IMG/VR virus record: IMGVR_UViG_3300027708_001885
Location: 1 to 64,000 of that record
Reading direction: 5' to 3' (one strand)
DNA length: 64,000 nt
Origin: a virus
The notes beneath the pieces are model-generated. The model saw only the letters and a list, made by a program, of their open reading frames with translations, ran no database searches and was not told the origin of the DNA. Position numbers and translations under genes: made by a program. Positions 50,581 through 58,069 of this stretch are shown one piece after another (position 1 is the stretch's first letter; each line of letters opens with the position of its first letter).

Positions 50581-50800
50581 TTTGTTAAAGTAGTGTCACC
50601 ATCGTTATAGACACCATTCACCCGTGTAATTAAGCCGGCCGGGACTCGGTACGTCACTTGGGATACTAGTCCAGATGATACCCATTGTATGCCGATGCAA
50701 TCAAGCGATCAGCCGGGTAACGACCCCGCATCCTTCTACTGTTTTGGTCCTTCGAAGAAACCTAGACAGCGTGACATTCTCTTGCTAACACTCTAACAAA
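50581..50800 (-). ncRNA. Unidentified structured RNA (about 220 nt)
   Basis: Ends pair (TTTGTTAGAGTG..ACTTTAACAAA), GC-rich internal stems, no ORF. Confidence 0.55.
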
Positions 50801-50803
50801 ACT

Positions 50804-50875
50804 TGGTGCACCTAACAGGAATCAAACCTATCTACGTTTGGCTTCAAATCCAACTCGCAATGTCAATCCAGCGCA
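50804..50875 (-). pseudogene. Degenerate tRNA-like sequence
   Basis: T arm, ACCA end and TTGG/CCAA stem, but poor D arm and acceptor pairing. Confidence 0.5.
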
Positions 50876-50955
50876 TAAAAATAATCAAGAGCTTGTAGAC
50901 CAAACTACAATTTACCGGTTTCTAGACGAATTCTCAAACTTGGTGTGTGATCAAA

Positions 50956-51678
50956 TTACCTGGCCCGAACCCACGAATAATACCCTCCGTGACTTCCATT
51001 GATCAGGCTAAAATGATTTAGATACGGGTGATCTGCAGGGGGATACTTCAAATCAAATTTTGGTTTTGCCCCCAACTCACTGCTGATTTCTTCTATGACA
51101 TCTCGGTCCTTGACATTCAACACATCCAGTACTAGTGTGCCGCCTACTTTGAGGCTTTTGAGTGCCTTGTCCCAGTAGTACTCCTTGGGATAATGCCAGC
51201 ACCAAGAAAACATAGAAATTATAAGATCTACGTCAGCCGGCCAATCATCGTCGGGTGACAAGATGTTGAATTTATTTTTGTCCACTTCGGGACTAGTCAA
51301 CGATTCGTTAAAAACTTCCCACAGATTGTACGAATAGTATTCTTTAGAATAATATGTTGGCTGACTAGGGAATTCAACTGTTGTTTTGTCAACTAGAAAA
51401 AATTCAATATTTTTGTTTAGATGATGCAAAGTTAAATCAAATGTAGCTATTCCGCTACCAACATCAATTACTTTTTTTAAATTGGGTACATCAATGTGAT
51501 TTGATGTTCTATTCCAATTCCCCAATGCAGTATCTTCCAATCTTTTGAAGAATAACTCTCGAGTATTGAATTCTTTCCAATGTTGCGGGCCTGTTTGCAA
51601 TTTTGCCACCAGGGATAGTTTGTTGTAATTTTGCCAATAAATTCGTTTGTTGCTGATGGGTAATGATATGCTGTTCAT
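50956..51678 (-). CDS. Class I SAM-dependent methyltransferase
   Basis: VIDVGSG, VDLIIS..SWCWH, LKVGG. Confidence 0.8.
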   Translation of the reverse strand: MNSISLPISNKRIYWQNYNKLSLVAKLQTGPQHWKEFNTRELFFKRLEDTALGNWNRTSNHIDVPNLKKVIDVGSGIATFDLTLHHLNKNIEFFLVDKTTVEFPSQPTYYSKEYYSYNLWEVFNESLTSPEVDKNKFNILSPDDDWPADVDLIISMFSWCWHYPKEYYWDKALKSLKVGGTLVLDVLNVKDRDVIEEISSELGAKPKFDLKYPPADHPYLNHFSLINGSHGGYYSWVRAR

Positions 51679-51702
51679 ATCAATATTTAGTTTTATCAGA
51701 TT

Positions 51703-52248
51703 TTAGAATTTGTTTTTGTACACTGCAAAACTTTTGTACTTTCTGATACTACGTTCTATCAGCAACTTGTGCTTTTCTCTATCAAGAGAACCTTCAATAT
51801 ACAATGTAGTACGGTCTGGATCTTCTCGAACACGATGTACACACGATGTTAGATCTAATGCATAGGCAAATGGAGCATTTGGTAAAATTGGAGTAATCCA
51901 ATCAGTACCGTTATATACTTCAAGTGAATTATTTTTTCCCTGTAATAAAATATGATACCCTGCCGGCTCTGTAGATTTAATTAAATCTAATTTTTCTGGG
52001 GTAGAGTTTTTTATATCGTGATCTATATGTGGACCGACTGCTTTTAATTGCACCTTATATGTAAATATTTCTACTTTGGAAAATGGTAATTGATCAAACA
52101 ACCAGTTATATTCAACATAGTTATTTTCTTTACCTAAAATAGTTCGTGTTCTCCAAAATTTCTGTCGAGCACTAACATGGTAATCACCCAATTTAAACGT
52201 TGGGTTATTTGGTATTGTTATGTCTAGTGGAACAAATAATAATGTCAT
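51703..52248 (-). CDS. Cupin/2OG-Fe(II) oxygenase-like protein
   Basis: HID..H.V..R pattern; start MTLLF after TAAATA. Confidence 0.55.
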   Translation of the reverse strand: MTLLFVPLDITIPNNPTFKLGDYHVSARQKFWRTRTILGKENNYVEYNWLFDQLPFSKVEIFTYKVQLKAVGPHIDHDIKNSTPEKLDLIKSTEPAGYHILLQGKNNSLEVYNGTDWITPILPNAPFAYALDLTSCVHRVREDPDRTTLYIEGSLDREKHKLLIERSIRKYKSFAVYKNKF

Positions 52249-52259
52249 ATTTTTATTTA

Positions 52260-52344
52260 TGGTGGAGTGTACTGGGATCGAACCAGTCATGCCCGAAGAC
52301 GGCGGAGTTACAGTCCGCTGCACCACCATTGGTGCGTCCACTCC
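52260..52344 (-). tRNA. tRNA-Tyr(GUA)
   Basis: Cloverleaf with variable arm. Confidence 0.88.
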
Positions 52345-52349
52345 ATATA

Positions 52350-52442
52350 TGGTACCAGCGGAGAGGATCGAACTCTCTCAAGAACGCTAATCTGGCGCTG
52401 AAAAGATTTATAAAATCTCTCTGACTTCCAAGTCTCGCTGGC
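52350..52442 (-). tRNA. Non-canonical tRNA, anticodon UAU (Ile), long variable arm
   Basis: 7-bp acceptor, small D arm, TT-TAT-AA loop, T arm, ACCA. Confidence 0.78.
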
Positions 52443-52520
52443 ATATATAAACACACTTTATGCTTTGGGAATAACATTTCTGTTAAGCAACCATCAACGG
52501 TTACGAAGTGTGTTTATATA

Positions 52521-52596
52521 TGGCGTCCCTAACGAGATTCGAACTCGTGTACCCGACGTGAAAGGCCGGTGTCCTAGGCCTCTAGACGATAGGGAC
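52521..52596 (-). tRNA. tRNA-Glu(UUC)
   Basis: Cloverleaf, CCA. Confidence 0.93.
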
Positions 52597-52612
52597 AAAT
52601 TTTACTGTTAAT

Positions 52613-52678
52613 TGTTAAAGAGCGTATGTTAATTTCTTAACATGTGTTTATTATAGCATAGTTTTCTAACGGTGTCAA
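52613..52678 (-). promoter_or_regulatory. sigma70 promoter followed by boxB-like hairpin and rrn-type boxA
   Basis: TTGACA-17-TATAAT; ATGTTAA-GAAA-TTAACAT; CGCTCTTTAACA. Confidence 0.85.
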
Positions 52679-52679
52679 G

Positions 52680-52753
52680 TGGTGCTCAAGTAAAGAATCG
52701 AACTTTAATTTCCAACGTACCAAGTTGGTGTACTACCATTGTACTACAAGAGC
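52680..52753 (-). tRNA. tRNA-Thr(GGU)
   Basis: Cloverleaf; two acceptor mismatches. Confidence 0.82.
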
Positions 52754-52768
52754 ATTATAAATAAAATT

Positions 52769-53254
52769 ATGCAAGAAAATTATAAACCTGTTGATATCAA
52801 ATATGATAGAAATACTATAATGAATATTTTACAATCAGATAATAAAAATATTGTTAGACCGTGCTCTGTAGTAGAAAGATTTAGAATATCTAAAATATTG
52901 AATTTAAAAGACCCTATAACAAATATATTATACTTTCAAATGAATAAAGAATTTATAGGTGATATCCATAAAGATTATACAGGAGAATATTATATAACTC
53001 ATGCACTGATTTTACCGTTAATGGGTTGTAAAGCCACACATATGAAATGGTTTTTCCAAAACAATAATGTTACCAACAATTCATTGTTAGGACCGACTGG
53101 GAAACCAATTCCTTTGTTATTGCATAGTAATGCGACCTGTATAGATACTGTCAATTGCAATACTCCCATTATAGTTAAGATAGATGATTGGCATTCAATT
53201 GAAAATAATTCAATTGAAGAGGTTAGTCATCTTATAAGTATAAGATTTGAGTAA
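52769..53254 (+). CDS. Cupin/2OG-Fe(II) oxygenase-like protein
   Basis: HKD..WHSI..SIRF. Confidence 0.6.
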   Translation: MQENYKPVDIKYDRNTIMNILQSDNKNIVRPCSVVERFRISKILNLKDPITNILYFQMNKEFIGDIHKDYTGEYYITHALILPLMGCKATHMKWFFQNNNVTNNSLLGPTGKPIPLLLHSNATCIDTVNCNTPIIVKIDDWHSIENNSIEEVSHLISIRFE

Positions 53255-53277
53255 TGGAGCATATTATAAATATCTAT

Positions 53278-54150
53278 ATGAAAATAACACCTATAAAAGA
53301 TTCTTGGGGCTGCACTATTGAATTTGATAATCCTATGGATTTTTTTCAATATGACAATAACTACTGGCGTGATATGTTATATAGGAAAAAAATAATAATT
53401 TTTAAACGTATGAATTTTGAATTATTAGATTTTGCAAAATTTGGAACATACTTTGGGTCACCTTGGGACAAATGCGATTACACATACAGCCGTGAAATAG
53501 GATTAACATGTGAAGATGTTGATAAAAATTATAGTGTATCTCATTTCAGTAATAAAATTCTCGGAATAGCAGATAGTGAAATGCCATGGCACGCTGATAT
53601 TCCAAACCGAAGTTATAATCCTTATCCCCATAGAGCTTTATGGATTGTTAAGAATCCCAATCCTGATATATCGGGAAAAACAAAATGGCTCAATATTGAG
53701 GATTGTTTTAAACACTTAACTCCTAAGATGAAAGAATTATTGCCTAGAGTTAAGATAGAACAACAAAGTTGGTATGCACCCGGCACCGATTTAGGAATTT
53801 ATGATTTTATTAAAATACACCCTATTACAAAAAAACCAAGTTTGCGATTAAACTTTTATAATACAGATAAAATGAAAGGTGCTTGGATTAAAAGTGTCTA
53901 TATTGATAATGAATTGCAATCTGATTGCAGTGTGATAAAAATGTTTATTGAACATTTAGAAAAAATTCCCGAGCTAGTACATTATCACCAATGGGACAAC
54001 CAGGATATAGTTATATATGATAATTGGTCTTTTTTACACGGACGTACAGCATTACAGTTAGGCAACACTCCCGATACTCAAGAACGTGCATTTTATAGGA
54101 TGAATATTGATCATGTTGCTAATGATGTTTGGAACAATCAAAATATCTGA
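53278..54150 (+). CDS. TauD/TfdA family dioxygenase
   Basis: WHAD, G.T, HQW...DIVIYDN...LHGR. Confidence 0.85.
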   Translation: MKITPIKDSWGCTIEFDNPMDFFQYDNNYWRDMLYRKKIIIFKRMNFELLDFAKFGTYFGSPWDKCDYTYSREIGLTCEDVDKNYSVSHFSNKILGIADSEMPWHADIPNRSYNPYPHRALWIVKNPNPDISGKTKWLNIEDCFKHLTPKMKELLPRVKIEQQSWYAPGTDLGIYDFIKIHPITKKPSLRLNFYNTDKMKGAWIKSVYIDNELQSDCSVIKMFIEHLEKIPELVHYHQWDNQDIVIYDNWSFLHGRTALQLGNTPDTQERAFYRMNIDHVANDVWNNQNI

Positions 54151-54719
54151 TTTCCACCTTCGACTGCAATATCGACAATAAGATGTATTCTAAAATCATC
54201 ACCGTTGTTTATTAATTGATGAGGCAATCTATTATTAAGCTGACTTAACATTTTAAAAGGCATATGCTCAGTAATAGAAGAATCTTCTCCACTGAATAAT
54301 ACCATATTGTTTGTTTTAAACGGTATATGAAATCTTGAATACATTTCAAAATAATCACAAGGATCAGTATGCAGACCAACCTGACTTTTTGATTCTAATC
54401 GTACAATCATTATTCTTCCTAATGCAATACCATCAACTTGTTTATAAATCCATTCAGATGCTAAACATGCATTTTTGTATATATCGGTAGCAGGAAAATT
54501 ATTTTCGCATTCTGTAATCATGCACCATTCTTCAAGTGATGTTGGCAATTTGCCTTTTGGTATTTTATTTCCTCGAATATGAATGGCTTTGCTGGTATTG
54601 AACACGGAATTCCGTCTACTAGGATCTAAAATAGTTTCCCATTGAATAGTGTTTATTTCCTCTAACGCAGAAAAAAATATACAATCAGGCACTTCGGTAA
54701 TTGTTTTAACTAACGGCAT
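54138..54719 (-). CDS. Aspartyl/asparaginyl beta-hydroxylase-like oxygenase
   Basis: HTD, RFHIP, H...N, RIHLIVD. Confidence 0.8.
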   Translation of the reverse strand: MPLVKTITEVPDCIFFSALEEINTIQWETILDPSRRNSVFNTSKAIHIRGNKIPKGKLPTSLEEWCMITECENNFPATDIYKNACLASEWIYKQVDGIALGRIMIVRLESKSQVGLHTDPCDYFEMYSRFHIPFKTNNMVLFSGEDSSITEHMPFKMLSQLNNRLPHQLINNGDDFRIHLIVDIAVEGGNQIF

Positions 54720-54735
54720 ATATTAATTTATGCAT

Positions 54736-54810
54736 TGGTCTCGCCACCAAGGATCGAACTTGGATCAAAAGTTTAGGAAACTTCTATTCTATCCATTGAA
54801 CTACAGCGAG
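54736..54810 (-). tRNA. tRNA-Arg(CCU)
   Basis: Cloverleaf, CCA. Confidence 0.9.
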
Positions 54811-54812
54811 AA

Positions 54813-54887
54813 TGGTCCGGCGTAACAGAATCGAACTGCTGTTTAGGAGGTAGAAGCTCCCTGTATTTTCCACTATACGAACGCCAG
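54813..54887 (-). tRNA. tRNA-Arg(UCU)
   Basis: Cloverleaf, CCA. Confidence 0.88.
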
Positions 54888-54890
54888 ATG

Positions 54891-54964
54891 TGGTAGGTCA
54901 TGACGGTATTGAACCGCCGTATCTTGGATGTCGACCAAGCACTCTACCTTTGAGTTAATGACCT
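54891..54964 (-). tRNA. tRNA-Val(GAC)
   Basis: Cloverleaf; 5-prime end overlapped by the HNH ORF. Confidence 0.88.
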
Positions 54965-55630
54965 ATGTTTATTGTTGCTTCTTCCAAAATTCCAACCATG
55001 TGGTAACGGATCTGTTTCTAAATGAAGTTTGTCATCCACTCCGTCTGTTATAAACTTTCTATTTTTATATGATGCCGAACCTGCATTCAAAAAATGTTTG
55101 CTATTTTTTCTTCCATTTATTGATTTTATTTCAGCACTATGAACTTCGCAATAACTAGCAAATCTTGTCTTTACTGGCAACTCACAGCAGATACATTTTT
55201 TGATTTCAAAATTTATTTTTCTTCCCAAAATCCAACCATCTGGCAATTCTTTGCTAATTGATATTTTTTTAGATACTTTTAATTCCGAGTTATAAATCCA
55301 TTTTGTTCCAAACTGAGTATTTCCCGACCCTGTTTGTTTTTTGCTCTGAGCTTTAGAAAGTTTTCTTCTAAGCCATCCGTATAATTTATTTGATGGGCGA
55401 TTAGCAACCATCATTACAGCGGCATGTAATAACGCAGAATTGTCTGGATTTATTTTCACTAGTAACTGATGTGCCAGATAATGTTCTTCTGGTGTAAGAT
55501 ATACTAAGTTAATTTTATCATCCTTTCCACCTAGACATCGTGGTACAATGTGATGCCACTCACCGTATTCATTTAACGTTCTTACTGATGCTCGAATAAC
55601 AAGGTTATCGTATATTTTTTGATAGTTCAT
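54944..55630 (-). CDS. HNH homing endonuclease
   Basis: EWHHIVPRC.GG.D..NLV.LTPEEH..AH; GW..GR repeats; likely start MNYQKIY. Confidence 0.9.
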   Translation of the reverse strand: MNYQKIYDNLVIRASVRTLNEYGEWHHIVPRCLGGKDDKINLVYLTPEEHYLAHQLLVKINPDNSALLHAAVMMVANRPSNKLYGWLRRKLSKAQSKKQTGSGNTQFGTKWIYNSELKVSKKISISKELPDGWILGRKINFEIKKCICCELPVKTRFASYCEVHSAEIKSINGRKNSKHFLNAGSASYKNRKFITDGVDDKLHLETDPLPHGWNFGRSNNKHRSLTQR

Positions 55631-55652
55631 ATTGTATTTACCATCAAGTTTC

Positions 55653-55692
55653 ACCGTGTCGAGGTAGTGTTCTACCATTAAACTAAGGACCT
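55653..55692 (-). pseudogene. 5-prime half remnant of a second tRNA-Val(GAC)
   Basis: AGGTCCT-TA-GTTTAATGGTAGAAC-A-CTACC-TCGACAC-GGT, then breaks off. Confidence 0.8.
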
Positions 55693-55700
55693 GAATAGGT

Positions 55701-55851
55701 TTTCGAGAGACCAGCTATCTTTCTGAAGGACTCACTGGCTTGTCTCGTATGAGCGAGTTTAAACTACCCTGTATAATTCTACTGGTGTGTCATGCATCAG
55801 CCTAATGCACTAGAATACAAGGGACTCGAATCTCTACGTCTATCTCGAAAC
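55701..55851 (-). ncRNA. Unidentified structured RNA (about 150 nt)
   Basis: Terminal TTTCGAGA/TCTCGAAA stem, nested internal stems. Confidence 0.5.
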
Positions 55852-55972
55852 TGGTGCCGCTGCTGGGATTCGAACCCAGATAACCCCCTTGACATGGATT
55901 AAGAAAATTGCTGAACGTACTCTATACAGAGTCACCCTTTTATAAGGTGTCCTACCATTAGGCGACAGCGGC
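55852..55972 (-). ncRNA. tRNA-bodied RNA with the Y-RNA-like module in place of the anticodon loop
   Basis: 7-bp acceptor + ACCA, D and T arms; insert ACTCTG-TA-TAGAGT-ACG-TTCAGCAA. Confidence 0.72.
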
Positions 55973-55979
55973 AATAACT

Positions 55980-56054
55980 TGGTGGTAATGACTGGATTTG
56001 AACCAGTAACACTCTCCGTATGAAGGAGGAAGACTACCATTGTCCTACATTACC
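55980..56054 (-). tRNA. tRNA with CAU anticodon (Met or Ile2)
   Basis: Cloverleaf, TT-CAT-AC loop. Confidence 0.82.
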
Positions 56055-56170
56055 ATATAGAAACACACTGGCTTGCAAGACTCCTACTAACCTTTCGATA
56101 GATGTCGCAGTTAGTATTCAATGTGTTTTTATATGGTAGGGGTTTTATGAGTTGATGCATAAATAAGTGT

Positions 56171-57079
56171 ATGCCTAATTATACAACATTTACATGTTCT
56201 TGCATAGTCTGCAAACAACCAAAAACCTCAAAAGGTATTCATTCTCATTATCTCATTTCTCATACAGAAGAAGGACGAGCAAGAAATCGTAAAAATCGTC
56301 TTGCTGGTGGATTATTAGGTTCTGAAATTGCTAAACAAAATGCACAGCAAATTCAAAATCAATATTTAGAAAATCCTAACAAATGCAAACAGTGCGATGT
56401 CTCTCTTACATACGAGCAGCGTCATAATAAATTCTGTTCAACATCCTGTTCGGCAAGTTTTTACAACAAGGATCGAAAAGGTGTTGCTCTAGATACTGCT
56501 GTGAAACAAAAGATTTCAGATAGTGTTAAAAAGTTTAATCTAGAAAATCCTTACACCAAATCAAAACAGATGTTTAGCAGACTATCGTATTGTTGTATAT
56601 GCAACTCTGTCATACAAAACAAAATTGTTAAAACTTGTTCTTCTAAATGCAAGTCAGTGCTGTTATCAAACAACATGTCCGATAGAATCAAACAAAACAG
56701 AAGAAGTAATTATCGCAGAGATAAAAGATCTTATCTCGAAGAATCATTTGAAACTTGGTTGTTGGATAACAACATTTCTCTAAAATATGAAACTGAATAC
56801 ACTATTAAAAATCATATTACACAGAAATGGTATTTCGTGGATTTCTACTTTCCCGAAATAAATCTTATAGTTGAACTTGACGGGAAACAGCACGAAAAAC
56901 CTAAACACAAAGAAGCAGACAAACTTCGTGATGAATACATCACTACTAATCTAAACTTAAATGTTTTTAGAATTTCTTATGATGAATATCAAGCTGGTTC
57001 TAAAATAAACGAATTACTAAAATTATTGGTGAGGCAGGTGGGGTTCGAACCCACAAGGAGATTTCTCTCGCCAGATTAA
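56171..57079 (+). CDS. Vsr/DUF559-like PD-(D/E)XK endonuclease with zinc-finger repeats
   Basis: E..F, VDFY, VELDGKQH, D..RD; several CxxC and CS..C motifs. Confidence 0.85.
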   Translation: MPNYTTFTCSCIVCKQPKTSKGIHSHYLISHTEEGRARNRKNRLAGGLLGSEIAKQNAQQIQNQYLENPNKCKQCDVSLTYEQRHNKFCSTSCSASFYNKDRKGVALDTAVKQKISDSVKKFNLENPYTKSKQMFSRLSYCCICNSVIQNKIVKTCSSKCKSVLLSNNMSDRIKQNRRSNYRRDKRSYLEESFETWLLDNNISLKYETEYTIKNHITQKWYFVDFYFPEINLIVELDGKQHEKPKHKEADKLRDEYITTNLNLNVFRISYDEYQAGSKINELLKLLVRQVGFEPTRRFLSPD

Positions 57080-57114
57080 AAGTCTGGTACCGCAGCCACT
57101 TCGGTGTCTGCCCC
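57027..57114 (-). tRNA. Non-canonical tRNA, anticodon UUU (Lys), long variable arm
   Basis: CT-TTT-AA loop; GAGA-GAAA-TCTC extra arm; CCA. Confidence 0.8.
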
Positions 57115-57118
57115 ATAT

Positions 57119-57192
57119 TGGTCCCACACCACGGTAATGATCCGTGTTTTACCGGTTAAGAGCCGGTTACATCACCTTAATGTTTGTGAGGG
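57119..57192 (-). tRNA. tRNA-Lys(CUU), atypical T loop
   Basis: ACCGG-CTCTTAA-CCGGT; T loop ATCATTA. Confidence 0.75.
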
Positions 57193-57302
57193 TTAGTTGT
57201 ATTAAATTGATTTAATGTGCCAACCCTAGACCAATACGGGATCTAGAGCGACACTAACGTTTAGCACGTTTCATATCGTTCTCCTTTGAACATAATTAAA
57301 AT

Positions 57303-57378
57303 TGGTACCAAGAGTCGGGATCGAACCGACCACACCCGATTCTTCAGACCGGTGCTCTACCAACTGAGCTATCTTGGC
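57303..57378 (-). tRNA. tRNA-Phe(GAA)
   Basis: Cloverleaf, CCA. Confidence 0.93.
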
Positions 57379-57398
57379 ATTGATGAATATGATAATAG

Positions 57399-57472
57399 GG
57401 GTGACCACTGAGAAGTCTCACTCAGACTACAACTTTCACAGAGTTGGGTGCCAATTTTACACTATGGTCACC
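57399..57472 (-). tRNA. tRNA-His(GUG), atypical, no encoded CCA
   Basis: CAACT-CTGTGAA-AGTTG; acceptor extended into a 21-bp stem. Confidence 0.7.
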
Positions 57473-57489
57473 CCTATTATCACATAAAC

Positions 57490-57564
57490 TGGCAGGGGCT
57501 GAAGGTAACGCTCCTTCTCACCTAGTTTCAAAGACTAGTATCTGCTCTTATCGATTTAACCCCT
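57490..57564 (-). tRNA. tRNA-Gln(UUG), atypical D/T loops
   Basis: CTAGT-CTTTGAA-ACTAG, GCCA end. Confidence 0.75.
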
Positions 57565-57570
57565 AAATAT

Positions 57571-57632
57571 AACAGGATGCTTATTTTTCAATTAACAGTT
57601 GAATTGGATAAGTTTGCTGAACGCATCCTAAA
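57571..57632 (-). ncRNA. Minimal Y-RNA-like RNA (copy C)
   Basis: TAGGATGC-GTTCAGCAA..GCATCCTG. Confidence 0.62.
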
Positions 57633-57634
57633 AC

Positions 57635-57710
57635 TGGTACCCTACCCTGGTTTCGATCCAGGTACCCCCGCCTTATCAAGACGGTGCTCTCCCAATTGAG
57701 CTAGTAGGGC
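57635..57710 (-). tRNA. tRNA-Ile(GAU)
   Basis: Cloverleaf, CCA. Confidence 0.9.
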
Positions 57711-57715
57711 ATATT

Positions 57716-57793
57716 TGGTGCGTCCCGAGAGGTTCGAACTCCCGACCCCCGGCTTCGTAAACCAGTGCTCTAATCCAGCTGAGCTAGGGACGC
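57716..57793 (-). tRNA. tRNA-Arg(ACG)
   Basis: Cloverleaf, CCA. Confidence 0.93.
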
Positions 57794-57801
57794 ATTAAAT
57801 T

Positions 57802-57877
57802 TGGAGTAGGTAACAGGAGTCGAACCTGCATAAAACAGATTTGCAATCTGCCCCCTAGCCTTTCGGGTCATACCTAC
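57802..57877 (-). tRNA. tRNA-Cys(GCA)
   Basis: Cloverleaf, U73. Confidence 0.9.
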
Positions 57878-57884
57878 ATAATAA

Positions 57885-57950
57885 AACAGGATCAACTTTT
57901 TAGTTTCTGGATAAAAGAAAGTTTGTTAGTTTTGCTGAACTGATCCTAAA
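57885..57950 (-). ncRNA. Minimal Y-RNA-like RNA (copy D)
   Basis: TAGGATCA-GTTCAGCAA..TGATCCTG. Confidence 0.62.
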
Positions 57951-57952
57951 AC

Positions 57953-58028
57953 TGGTCTCTCCTGTGGGACTCGAACCCACGAAATCCTCGCCCCAAACGA
58001 GGTGGCATAGCCGCTAACCGAAAGAGAG
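57953..58028 (-). tRNA. tRNA-Pro(UGG), second copy
   Basis: Cloverleaf, CCA. Confidence 0.88.
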
Positions 58029-58069
58029 ATAAAATTAACATGATCAATACCACTATATAAATATGTGAT

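Noticed and set aside
50581-50800. RNase P RNA call
   Set aside because: Only partial word matches; the conserved P4 sequences are not convincingly present, so it is left unassigned
55885-55945. Group I or archaeal-type intron in the 55852-55972 tRNA
   Set aside because: Too short for group I, no clean anticodon is restored, and the insert matches the Y-like repeat family
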